A stretch of DNA of 64,000 bases from an uncultured candidate division Zixibacteria bacterium (GTDB lineage: Bacteria > Zixibacteria > MSB-5A5 > UBA10806), in contig CAWDFP010000006.1 in NCBI GenBank assembly GCA_963801605.1, positions 160,001 through 224,000 on the forward strand, written 5' to 3'. The position numbers were made by a program, and so were the translations under genes. This document shows positions 21,501 through 31,893 of this stretch, one piece after another. A model generated the notes under the pieces. It made no database searches and was not told the origin of the DNA. It saw only the letters and a program-made list of their open reading frames with translations. Numbering within the stretch: the stretch's first letter is position 1; every line of letters starts with the position of its first letter.

Positions 21501-24500
21501 CGAGATAATCGAAAATGCTTACGGCCTTAATATTCGATCCGATCAATGCAGTTGAATATCTTGATGGTAAACCTGCATGACCCGTAAATTCGGTTGTATA
21601 AACAAGGCTTCCGAGGTTGCCGCCAGTTATAGAAACCAGGAATGAATCTGCTACCTCTTCAGTGAATTCGGGTAATGTACCGCCAACCACAGCTAATACA
21701 ATGCTTACATTGACCGTTACATGCGTAACCGAAGTGTCGGCCGCTCCGCAAGCATCGGTACAAATCTGGGTTATGGTGTTAGCTCCCTGAATCGGCGTAA
21801 AGCAAACGGAATCACCGCTTAAGGTACCGCCGATAACAATTCTCGATACCAGGTTGTTGTCTATATCGCTGGCGCTAAAGCCGCGCAGACAGATCGGTGA
21901 GAGATCGTTGACAATAAGTGAAGTATCGGCGTGACCAAGCGCAACCGGGGCGCTGTTTAATGTGATTGTAATATTGGTGATGCCGGTATCAGCGACTCCG
22001 CAGGCGTCAAGAGCGATCAGGCGAAGAGTATTTAGGCCCGCCACAGGAATGAAGCAGGCAGAATCACCGTGCAATGTTCCACCGATTAATGTTGTCGAAA
22101 CGATATTGGCATCGAGATCGCTGGCGCCGAAGCCGCGCAGGCAAATCTGATCGAGATTGCAAACGAACATCGCTGTATCGGCGTGTGAAACTACCACCGG
22201 CACATGATTGAGCGTAACCGTAACAACAGTTATGCTGGTATCGGCGGCACCGCAGGCATCAGTTACGATATAAGTTATCGTATTTGGCCCTGCTACAGGG
22301 GTGAAGCAAACCGTATCGCCATGTAACACTCCACCTAAAGCAATTCTCGAAACCAAATTATTATCGGGATCGCTTGCCGTGAAACCAGGCAGACAGATTT
22401 GATCTAAAGTACAGACGAACATATTTTGATTGGATGGCGAAACAGCACTTGGCGGCTGGTTAACTGTAACTGTCACCACCGTGAATGAAGTGTCAGCCAA
22501 GCCACAAGCATCGGTGGCAACAAGTCTTAGGGTATTAGGCCCAGCCACAGGCGTGAAGTAAGCCGTATCTCCGTGCAGTGTTCCGCCGGTAAGAATCTTT
22601 GAAACCAGGTTGCCATCAGGATCGGCAGCGGTAAAGCCGGGCAAACGAATTTCAGTCAAAGCACAGACGAACTGGTTGGAGTTAGGAGGCGATACCGCGT
22701 CAGGCGGACGGTTAAGTGTTACAGTCACAATAGTAATTGACGTATCGGTTAAGCCACAAGCGTCGGTGGCCACAAGTCTCAGGGTATTGGCTCCAACGAC
22801 TGGAGTAAAGTAGGCTGTATCTCCGTGCAGTGTCCCGCCGGTGAGTATCTTTGAAGTTAAATTACCGTCCGGATCTGTAGCTGTAAAACCAGGTAAACGA
22901 ATCTCCGTCAGAGCGCAAACGAATTGGTCAGAGTTGGGAGGCGAGACTGCGTCAGGTGGACGGTTAAGCGTTACCGTCACAATAGTAATTGATGTATCAG
23001 CCAAACCGCAAGCGTCGGTAGCGATAAGTCTTAAGGTATTAGGTCCGACTACGGGAGTGAAGTAAGCTGTATCGCCATGTAGAGTCCCACCATTAAGTAC
23101 CTTTGAAGTCAGATTGCCATCAGGATCGGTGGCGGTAAAGCCGGGCAGACGAATCTCATTCAATGCGCAAAGGAACTGCTGGCTATTAGCCGGGCTGACG
23201 GCATCAGGGGCATGATTCTGGGTTATGGTAACGACTGTAATTGATGTATCGGCTAAGCCACAGGCATCAGTGGCAATAAGTTTTAAAGTGTTTGGTCCCA
23301 CGACTGGAGTGAAGTAAGCCGTATCACCATGCAATGTGCCACCGGTGAGAATCTTGGAAATAAGATTGCCATCAGGATCAGTAGCCGTAAAGCCGGGCAG
23401 ACGAATTTCAGTTAATGCACAAACAAATTGGTTGGAGCTTGGAGGTGATACCGCGTCAGGCGGGCGGTTTAGCGTTACGGTCACAACGGTAATTGACGTA
23501 TCCGTTAAGCCGCAAGCATCAGTGGCGACCAGTCTCAGGGTATTGGCTCCAACTACAGGAGTGAAGTAAGCCGTATCTCCATGTAGTGTGCCGCCGGTGA
23601 GAATCTTTGAAACGAGGTTGCCATCAGGATCGGTAGCGGTGAATCCGGGTAGACGAATCTCGGTCAGAGCGCAAACAAACTGGTTGGAATTGGACGGACT
23701 GACCGCATCAGGTGGACGGTTTAAACGTAACTGTCACCACTGTTATCGATGTATCAGCTAAGCCACAAGCGTCAGTGGCCACAAGCCTTAGGGTATTGGC
23801 GCCAACTACTGGAGTAAAGTAGGCCGTATCTCCATGCAATGTCCCGCCGGTAAGTATCTTTGAAGTTAAATTACCGTCCGGGTCAGTAGCTGTAAAACCA
23901 GGTAAACGAATCTCCGTCAGAGCGCAAACGAATTGGTTAGAGTTGGGAGGCGAGACTGCATCGGGCGGACGGTTAAGCGTTACTGTTACAACCGTAATTG
24001 ATGTATCAGCCAAACCGCAAGCATCGGTAGCGATAAGTCTTAAGGTATTAGGTCCGACTACGGGCATGAAGTAAGCCGTATCACCATGTAGACGTCCCAC
24101 CGGTAAGTACCTTTGAAGTCAGATTGCCATCCGGATCGGTAGCGGTAAAGCCAGGTAGACGAATTTCGGTTAAGGCACAAACGAACTGGTTGGAGTTTGG
24201 AGGTGATACCGCGTCAGGCGGGTGGTTTAGCGTTACGGTCACAACGGTAATTGACGTATCCGTTAAGCCGCAAGCATCAGTGGCGACCAGTTTCAGGGTA
24301 TTGGCTCCAACTACAGGAGTGAAGTAAGCCGTATCACCATGTAATGTGCCGCCGGTGAGAATCTTGGAAACAAGATTGCCATCCGGATCGGTAGCCGTAA
24401 AGCCGGGCAGACGAATTTCAGTCAAAGCGCAGACGAATTGAGAACTATTCGCGGGGCTGACAGCATCCGGAGCCCTATTTTGAGTAACAGTAACAACCGT

Positions 24501-26415
24501 TATGGATGTATCCGTGAGCCCGCAAGCATCAGTAGCCATGAGTTTTAGGGTATTGGCGCCAACTACTGGAGTGAAATAAGCGGTATCTCCATGTAGTGTA
24601 CCGCCGGTGAGAATCTTCGAAACCAGATTGCCATCGGTATCGGTAGCTGTGAAGCCGGGTAGACGAATCTCGGTAAGAGCACATACAAACTGATTGAGCT
24701 ATTGGCCGGGCTAACAGCATCAGGCGGACGGTTAAGCGCAATGTGACAATCGTTGTCGATGTATCTGTTAAACCACAGGCGTCCGTAGCTACCAGCTTTA
24801 GAGTATTGGCTCCCACCGCCGGAGTGAAATAGGCTGTATCTCCATGCAGGGTTCCGCCCAGTAGAGTTTTGGATATTAAATTGCCATCCAGATCAGAAGC
24901 AGTAAAGCCGGGCAGCCGAATCTCGGTTAGAGCGCAAACAAATTGAGAGCTATTGGCCGGGCTAATAGCGTCAGGAGGACGGTTAAGGGTTACTCCTACA
25001 ATTGTCGTGCACGTATCGGCTAATCCGCAGGCATCTCGCGCAATTACGGTCAGGGTATTGTTACCCACAACGGGAGTAAAAGTCATGGTATCGCCGTGCA
25101 GCGTGCCCCCTAAAGCGGTAATCGAAGTAATATTATTATTGGGATCCGAATATACAAAACCGGGAACATTGATCGGTGTTAACGAACAAACAGTAAAGTA
25201 AAGATCACAGGCTCCAGTTCCATGTCCGGGGCAGATAACCAATGGCGGAGCGTTGATAGCAACATCAACGGAATAAACCGCAGTATCGGCCAGCCCACAT
25301 GAATCGACTCCAACGATCGTAAAATTGTACATTTGGGAGTTTGGTCCCGGAGTGAAACTAACCACGCCGGTGCTGCCATTGATGGTGCCCGGGCCGCTCA
25401 ATTTTTCAAAATAGCGGAAATTTCCATCGTCGATATAATTAACATCGAATGTAAATAAAGCCGGGGAACATTGAAAAACATGAAATGAGTACGGTGGCTG
25501 CAGTTCGGGAGCGCTATTATACATACAGGGATTATAAACGCAACTTGCGGAAAATTCGATACCATCGCCTTCATAAGCGAAAGCGCCAGCGAATTTCTGT
25601 CCATAAGTATCGCACAATAGGGTGCCTAATACGCGATCACAGGGATAAGCCTGGTTGGAAGCGATCAGACCAAATTTGTTATAGCTGTTTCCATTTCCGG
25701 AATGCCGAGTAAAAGCCGAGGTGTTTCTCGATCCGCTATGGCCGCTGGCCGCATAGGGATCAGAAATACCGGCGTATGTGTCAGAAAATCCGGGAACATC
25801 AGCCAGCTTGGTTCGATCAGCCCCCAGGAATATATGCTGCGCGTCAAAATGATTATTATCCCAGCCATCAGACCATACATTAAAATCTATAGCACATCCT
25901 AAAATATTGATTTTCATATAATCGGTGGAATCATGCTGGCCCGAAGTGTATCTGACCGAAACATCCCACCAGATTTCATATAGATTAGTATCCCATTGGT
26001 ACCATCCCCAGCGGTCATTTTGTTTATAGCAATATGAATCGCTTGAATCGGCATATAATTCAAAATTAGTGGCAAAAACATTTACACCGGGCGTCGGCGG
26101 GGCGCTCATAGACGCCAGAACACTGCCATGATAATCCTCAGCGCCACCAGTGGTTTTGTAGATACGATTAGCTATATTCCAGGAGCCATTACCATCCACC
26201 CAAATATAAAATCCGCCGGAGTCGGAAATAACTCTGGGCAAAGTCGGGGCACCCAAAAAATAGGTAGTATCGACTTGCTTATAATTGGGAGGCGGACCCG
26301 GAGGAACATTGCTTGGAGGGCTGTAATATGCAAGCGCCGAATCGCCTAACAGAAAGAAGGAAGCCAGTAGACAAAATACCATAGCTCCCAGCGCGAACCT
26401 GGTATCAGATTTCAT
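18511..26415 (-). CDS. Giant (~2600 aa) secreted repeat surface protein: Ig/cadherin-like repeats, cohesin-like and dockerin-like modules, NYPNPFN sorting domain (several apparent indels at 23690-24750)
   Basis: ORF pieces 24529..26448, 24081..24539, 23708..24100 and 18511..23484 carry the same repeat in register; signal peptide; C-terminus SQNYPNPFN...MKMTLLK. Confidence 0.8.
21710..25260 (-). repeat. Intragenic tandem repeat, 252 bp (84 aa), about 14 copies, about 10 near-identical in protein
   Basis: Unit NRPPDAVSP..QFVCALTEIRLPGFTATDPDGNL..GGTLHGDTAYFTPVVG.NTLRLVATDACGL.DTSIT recurs every ~252 nt. Confidence 0.9.
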
Positions 26416-26618
26416 AGAAGATGTCCTTAATGCCACTTTAATTTGCATCGAAAAATTTTAACAAGATAATAGTTAAGCTCCCTGAGAAAATGTACTCAGG
26501 CGCACGTTACCGTGCACTTTAGTTATTGAAGATCTTTCGTGAAGAACCTGGGGTTAGCCTTTCGGCCTTTCCTGATTTCCCAAAACCCCAAGGGACAAAA
26601 TAAGCTAATTACAGCTTT

Positions 26619-26646
26619 AATATACCCAAGTCTATTTTCCTGTCAA
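26619..26646 (-). promoter_or_regulatory. Sigma70 promoter TTGACA-16-TATATT giving a ~190-nt structured leader for the giant gene
   Basis: Hexamers read directly; hairpins at 26481-26592. Confidence 0.5.
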
Positions 26647-26880
26647 GAAAATACTATAAATGCCGAAAAAATAAATATGAAGGTAAAGTTCTGCTTAAAA
26701 ATGAAAAAAGCACTGGTCGGCACGATTTCTGTAGATTATCTCGAAATTAACTGGCAAGAAGACTTAAACCAGGAGCAGTTGGCCGGTCGCTTTAATACCT
26801 GGTTATATGACGAATCCTTTATCGAACAGCGCCTTCCCGATCTCAAAGAAGCTGCTTATTGTCAGCTTATGATTGATCCC

Positions 26881-28044
26881 TCATAAGGAATCAATTTTTT
26901 GGGTCAACTTCATAAAAGGCAACAGCTTAATCCCAACCCTTCCAAACAGAAGCCTGATTGCAATAAGTTCGTCGGTATTGGCCTTTGAGGCGTCAACACA
27001 AAGCGTAAGCCGGTGAGGCGAACTCTCGTTCAAAAATTGAGTCATCATGTCGAACTTAAGCTGGGATAATGACTTATCGCTTCTAACCAAATCAAGCTTT
27101 ATTACCGGTATGCCTGATTCGATGGCAATTTTATCAGTGCTGTCGGGATAATCCTCTGAGCACAGATATGAGAGTCTGGCCCGTCGGGCCTCATTCAAGA
27201 TTCCTCTGATAGCTTTTGGCTCAATTCCAGTTGAAGCCTCAAAAAAAATCGCCTTAGCTCCCGGATGACGGGCAAAAAGGCCCGTAGATGATGATTTTTC
27301 TACGATGTTTTTTTTCTTTTTATCGACTTTGCCGGTTTTACCAGCCTGGCCAAGCATCCTTAATCCATCACCGTTAGCAGGCAATTGTAGGATAGAAGTA
27401 ATATTCCCTTTGGAAAAGAGCCTGAGCATATCTCCGGATGGGTAATAATCGTTCCCACCAATATAGGAAAAAACCACTCCGCTTCGGATGAGTTTAATGA
27501 TATCGTCCTCTTTCATGCCTCCCAGATTACTAAATACTACCGCTAATTGGCGGTCGGCAAGAATGGCATTGCGGCCCGTATCGAGAATTACTTTGGCGCC
27601 TACGAGTCTACCCGATTGAAGCGAACATTCAAGCCAACCCAGTTTGGATGATTCACGGCAATCGCACTGGAGTTGTCTTTCGCCCGTCATTACGCTTAGT
27701 CTTTGCGCAAAAGCAATAAAGGGAAGCTCGGCCGGCCATCCCTGACGGTATTGATGGAAAGCAGGCCCCTGGGTTTGAGTCAAGTTAGATTCGATAATGG
27801 CAGAATCTGTTAAGCCGAAGCTTCGGCAGCATGCCATTACTATCGAATCCGAAATGGCCGTTATATTTGCCGGCGGTGTTGGCTTGGCTGCAATAACCGG
27901 TATTGTTTCCTTAGGTTTGGGTGTTTGGAAACGATAAAACGCCACCACTCCTAATGCTAAGGCAAGGAAAGCAAAAAATATCCCCATGAATGGCGGGCCC
28001 TTTCGCGCTCTCTCTTGCCTGCTTACTCGTTGCCTGTATTCCAT
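26881..28044 (-). CDS. Membrane-anchored protein, possibly a degenerate divergent polysaccharide deacetylase (YibQ-like)
   Basis: One N-terminal TM; C-terminal LAVVFSNLG...ILQLP pattern resembles LAIIIDDxG...LHLP without the catalytic D/H. Confidence 0.45.
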   Translation of the reverse strand: MEYRQRVSRQERARKGPPFMGIFFAFLALALGVVAFYRFQTPKPKETIPVIAAKPTPPANITAISDSIVMACCRSFGLTDSAIIESNLTQTQGPAFHQYRQGWPAELPFIAFAQRLSVMTGERQLQCDCRESSKLGWLECSLQSGRLVGAKVILDTGRNAILADRQLAVVFSNLGGMKEDDIIKLIRSGVVFSYIGGNDYYPSGDMLRLFSKGNITSILQLPANGDGLRMLGQAGKTGKVDKKKKNIVEKSSSTGLFARHPGAKAIFFEASTGIEPKAIRGILNEARRARLSYLCSEDYPDSTDKIAIESGIPVIKLDLVRSDKSLSQLKFDMMTQFLNESSPHRLTLCVDASKANTDELIAIRLLFGRVGIKLLPFMKLTQKIDSL

Positions 28045-28050
28045 ATTTTC

Positions 28051-28632
28051 CTATTGAGTAAATGAATTATCTTCCCACCTAACGATCCGCCAGTAGCCAT
28101 CAGACGATTTTCTCATCTTAAATATTGCCAGGCCATTGGCCTCATACTGCTGGTAGCTGTATGATCCGGTTAAATCTCGAAGAGACAGGTAAAAGCTTAC
28201 CAGCCAGACTTCCCAGGTTTCGCCGGGGTGTTCAGCGGTCAGTGGGCCTTCCGGGTCCTGCCTAGCAGGAACCCAGGTATCAAGCCTGACTTCGCTGAAT
28301 GCGTCAAACAAACCGCGCGTACGATAAATATCCCCGGAAAGGCCATCGCGAGGAATTTCCACGGTCTCGATTTGGCCTTGTCGATCCTGATCAGTGTACA
28401 CGAAAACGAAGTTTCGGTCCAGGCAATTTTCATAAATATCTATATCGCGATTTTCGTAGGCATATTTAAAATTAGAAAGGACGTTGCTGGCATTCTCTTC
28501 ATCGGGGCAGGTGGCGCAATTCTGAGGCAGAATTGGGGCCAGAGAGCCTCGGCCTGCTTTTGGAGGCGAGAAGGGATTGGCGCAATAAAGCGCCATAAGC
28601 GCAATAATCGAAAGTATGCCAAGCTTTTTCAT
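28051..28632 (-). CDS. Lipoprotein, hypothetical (NTF2-like)
   Basis: Lipobox-like ALY-C; VLSNFKYAYENRDIDIYENCL; W.IVRWED end; paralog of the next gene. Confidence 0.7.
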   Translation of the reverse strand: MKKLGILSIIALMALYCANPFSPPKAGRGSLAPILPQNCATCPDEENASNVLSNFKYAYENRDIDIYENCLDRNFVFVYTDQDRQGQIETVEIPRDGLSGDIYRTRGLFDAFSEVRLDTWVPARQDPEGPLTAEHPGETWEVWLVSFYLSLRDLTGSYSYQQYEANGLAIFKMRKSSDGYWRIVRWEDNSFTQ

Positions 28633-29234
28633 CGTCGATATTCCGCCTTAAAATCCGCCCAATCAGGAGAACCGGAACGGGCCGGAAGATCCTCCCACCA
28701 GCGGATTGTCCACCAATTGAGAGCCTCCTGAGACAGATGAAACGTGGCCAGGCCGGCAGCAGTTGCGGTATCGGGTACACCGGCATGAGTCATGACAACT
28801 AAGACAGTGTAGTTTCGATAAAGCACCGCCAGAGAATCTTCAACAAGATCGTTATGGTCAGGGGCAGGAAAGAGAAACAGGTATAATTTCATTGTATCAG
28901 AGCTTGAAAAAGTCGTAAATATATTTGTGGCAGCGGCCACTTCAGTTTGTTTATCCCAATCAACGAAAAGGTCGGGACGTCCATTGTTGACGGCATCAAT
29001 TGAATCCTCGGGCGACGAGAAAGCGAAGGAATCGGAAAAGCAAAGCTGGTAATTTGAGATGATGCGTTCGTTATAAGAGTTGAAAAGGTTTGTTATGACC
29101 AGATCAGGCGAATGCGGAGTTTCCCAGGTGCCGCCGGAGCCAATCGGCGGCTCGGTTCCACGAGTGGAAAAGGGACTTTTAGCACATCCCGATAGAAGCA
29201 AGAGCATTGCCAATATAATCAATCGTGTTTTCAA
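28629..29234 (-). CDS. Lipoprotein, hypothetical (NTF2-like)
   Basis: Lipobox LLSG-C; VITNLFNSYNERIISNYQLCF; WTIRWWED. Confidence 0.7.
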   Translation of the reverse strand: MKTRLIILAMLLLLSGCAKSPFSTRGTEPPIGSGGTWETPHSPDLVITNLFNSYNERIISNYQLCFSDSFAFSSPEDSIDAVNNGRPDLFVDWDKQTEVAAATNIFTTFSSSDTMKLYLFLFPAPDHNDLVEDSLAVLYRNYTVLVVMTHAGVPDTATAAGLATFHLSQEALNWWTIRWWEDLPARSGSPDWADFKAEYRR

Positions 29235-31039
29235 AACAGATACTCCAGGCTCACGGTGGCATAATCGATAATTTCTTTGGGGCGCTCCATGAAACTTCGA
29301 ACGCGATGTGAAAAATCGAACCGGGTGCGCCTGGCTTTATCCCAGTTGAAAATCAGCTCAACTTCAAACAACATCTTGGTTTGCTCATCGGCTAAATAGC
29401 GGAGTTCGGCAACGTTTTCAGTGATGGGATTGGTTTTAAAATCATGGTTGTAGTCGTTGGTTTTCTCCCAGGAGAAAAACGGCGTGATCTGAAAGATTTG
29501 ATCGGGAGAATATGTTAGCCTGGTCTCCAAACCGTTTCTTCGACGATCCCAACTGAGGGCTTGCTGCCAACCATCATTCCAGAAAAGCTGTCCATAATCT
29601 TCATAACGATAAAGATAGGCCTGGTGCCAAGTTAATCTTTCGGAAATTATAAGGTTTAAATCTGTTCTCGAGGTGGCTCGTCTGAAGATCCTGTTTCTGG
29701 TTGGCGATTTTGGGCTGCGGTCGAAATCGAAAGTGATATAATTGGCCTGGATTTCGAAGCTTTGAGCAAGTGTTAGCGGCTCGTAAAGCCTCCAATTTGC
29801 AAAAGGTGACAATATATATGTATTGTTCTGGCTGTTATTGGCCGATTGAATTCCGGACACGTAAATTTGATGAAAGCTATTAGCGCCACCTGTCAAGCCG
29901 GCGGTGAAAAAGCGGCTGAAAATATGACTGAATCGTCCGTTAAAGACTAACGTTTTTTGATCGCGATCCTGACGATTGGACCCGATACTCGGATTGACAT
30001 AGGAGGTAACGCCAACCAGAAAATCGGCCGAAAGAGAATCAGATTCCGAAATCCTGAGTTTTCCCTGGAATGAGAGCTCGCCAAGTTCAGTTTTTTGATC
30101 CAAATCCACACCCTGAAAATCCTGGCTTGAGCGGCTCCAGGCATAGCTTAAAAGGCCACTGGCAATATTAGTAATCTCGCCGGAGAGAATTCCCTTATAA
30201 CCTCCTCCTCTACCATAGTTGTCGCGTTGTGGCGCAGTGGATTCCTCCAATAATGTATAGCGGTAGAGGTAACGAGATAGATGAGCATTACCATCAATCC
30301 TTAACCGTAAACTGGCGGGCAGGTTTATGGCCGCAGCAAAATCGCCCTGTCTCTCCTGCCTGATCTGTTTAACAATGTTATTGCTTCCGGCATTCGATCC
30401 GTAATATTTTTTGGCAGCTTCGACACCCCTCAATGATGCCCAAACTGTATCACCACTCGAAAAGCCTCGAAAAGCGCTTAGCGATCCTTTGCCTTCATCC
30501 GATGGTATATTAGAGAGATTGCGGCGATCAAACGAGGCATTAGATGCCAGGTTGATACCATAGAAATTTGATGATGCCAATTCGCTTTCTAATCCATATC
30601 CGGTTCCCTGATCGCTTTTATGAGTATCGAGATCGGAACGTTTAATGCGATCAAGCCTGAACATGGGAGTGATTTTGAGAAATTCCCAGGGACGGTAAGC
30701 AAGCCCCATGGCAAGTTCGGAGGATCGAACTCGGCGCTGGTCGAGGCCATTGACATTATATTCACCGGAGGTAACGAGACTGAAAGATTCAAGGAGCGAT
30801 TTTTCAGATTCGAATCGGGCAATAGCATTTTCCTGCCATCGGTTGGAGATACCTCTAATAAGGTTGGATTCTCCGTTAAACGAGGTGTTAAATGCAAAAC
30901 CGGGCTGCATGATATGATGATCGATCGAGGTTAGCCAATCGTAGGTTTGATTATCGCGATTGAAATCGAATTTGATGCCCGCTTCGGCCGTGGTGATTAA
31001 AAGTAAAAAATATAAGCAGACGAATGAAGGCCTTTTCAT
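29231..31039 (-). CDS. Putative outer-membrane beta-barrel protein
   Basis: Signal peptide, amphipathic strands, C-terminal SLEYLF beta signal. Confidence 0.65.
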   Translation of the reverse strand: MKRPSFVCLYFLLLITTAEAGIKFDFNRDNQTYDWLTSIDHHIMQPGFAFNTSFNGESNLIRGISNRWQENAIARFESEKSLLESFSLVTSGEYNVNGLDQRRVRSSELAMGLAYRPWEFLKITPMFRLDRIKRSDLDTHKSDQGTGYGLESELASSNFYGINLASNASFDRRNLSNIPSDEGKGSLSAFRGFSSGDTVWASLRGVEAAKKYYGSNAGSNNIVKQIRQERQGDFAAAINLPASLRLRIDGNAHLSRYLYRYTLLEESTAPQRDNYGRGGGYKGILSGEITNIASGLLSYAWSRSSQDFQGVDLDQKTELGELSFQGKLRISESDSLSADFLVGVTSYVNPSIGSNRQDRDQKTLVFNGRFSHIFSRFFTAGLTGGANSFHQIYVSGIQSANNSQNNTYILSPFANWRLYEPLTLAQSFEIQANYITFDFDRSPKSPTRNRIFRRATSRTDLNLIISERLTWHQAYLYRYEDYGQLFWNDGWQQALSWDRRRNGLETRLTYSPDQIFQITPFFSWEKTNDYNHDFKTNPITENVAELRYLADEQTKMLFEVELIFNWDKARRTRFDFSHRVRSFMERPKEIIDYATVSLEYLF

Positions 31040-31040
31040 A

Positions 31041-31853
31041 TCAATCCCTGGCCAATTGGTAAAGCTCCAGAAAATCCCTCAATGACAACTGCTCCGCTCT
31101 TATATCGCCCTTTTTGCCGAGCCTGGCAAGATAATTCTCGATCTGGTCTTTGTTAAAGGACTTCCCCGCAACCTCCAGGCCTCGGGCTGCGAGCGAATTG
31201 ACTAATTTCTTGCGCTTCTGGGAGAAACAAGCCCTGACGAAATCACGGAAAGATGGGTAGTTTATCTCCCCAATCTTTTTATCGGGTGTAAGGGTTAAGA
31301 CTGTAGAATAGACTTTAGGTTTTGGGGAAAAGGATCCGGGCGGAATATCAAACACGCGCTTGATATTAAAATAAGATTGCGCCATTATCGATAGAGCGCC
31401 GTAGTCACGGCTATTGGGGTTGGCCTTGAGGCGGGCTGCAACCTCCTTTTGGACGGTAATGACCGCGAATTTGATGATATTTTGATATTCGATAAACCAT
31501 TCAACAATAGCTCCGCTGATATTATAAGGCAGGTTTCCGATAACCTTGAAATCTATTAATCCAAGCTCGCGCGGGTTAATCTTGATGATATCGCTCTCGA
31601 TAAGCCGGAAATTGGAACCACCGCCAAAGCGATTTTCGAGATTTGAAAGCAATTCGCGGTCGAGTTCTACTGCCGTTAAGTTTGCGCCTGCTTTTAAAAT
31701 GCGATCGGTGAGGATGCCCGTCCCGGGGCCAATTTCGAGGATGGTCTCCCCCGGTTTGATATCCAGGGCATTGACCAGTGAGTCGGCCTTATGGGGATCG
31801 ACCAGGAAGTTTTGGCCGAAACGTTTCTTAGGAGCAATATTAAACGCTATCAT
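31041..31853 (-). CDS. rsmA: 16S rRNA adenine dimethyltransferase RsmA/KsgA
   Basis: KKRFGQNFL, EIGPGTG, GNLPYNIS, QKEVA, RAEQLS. Confidence 0.95.
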   Translation of the reverse strand: MIAFNIAPKKRFGQNFLVDPHKADSLVNALDIKPGETILEIGPGTGILTDRILKAGANLTAVELDRELLSNLENRFGGGSNFRLIESDIIKINPRELGLIDFKVIGNLPYNISGAIVEWFIEYQNIIKFAVITVQKEVAARLKANPNSRDYGALSIMAQSYFNIKRVFDIPPGSFSPKPKVYSTVLTLTPDKKIGEINYPSFRDFVRACFSQKRKKLVNSLAARGLEVAGKSFNKDQIENYLARLGKKGDIRAEQLSLRDFLELYQLARD

Positions 31854-31893
31854 TTAGTTAGCAGTGAATTTGTTGGCCTGATGTCGCATATTA

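Noticed and set aside
21710..25260. Regular repeats as a possible CRISPR array or DGR template
   Set aside because: The unit is 252 bp, coding, varies at synonymous sites and has no unique spacers; no cas or reverse transcriptase gene is present
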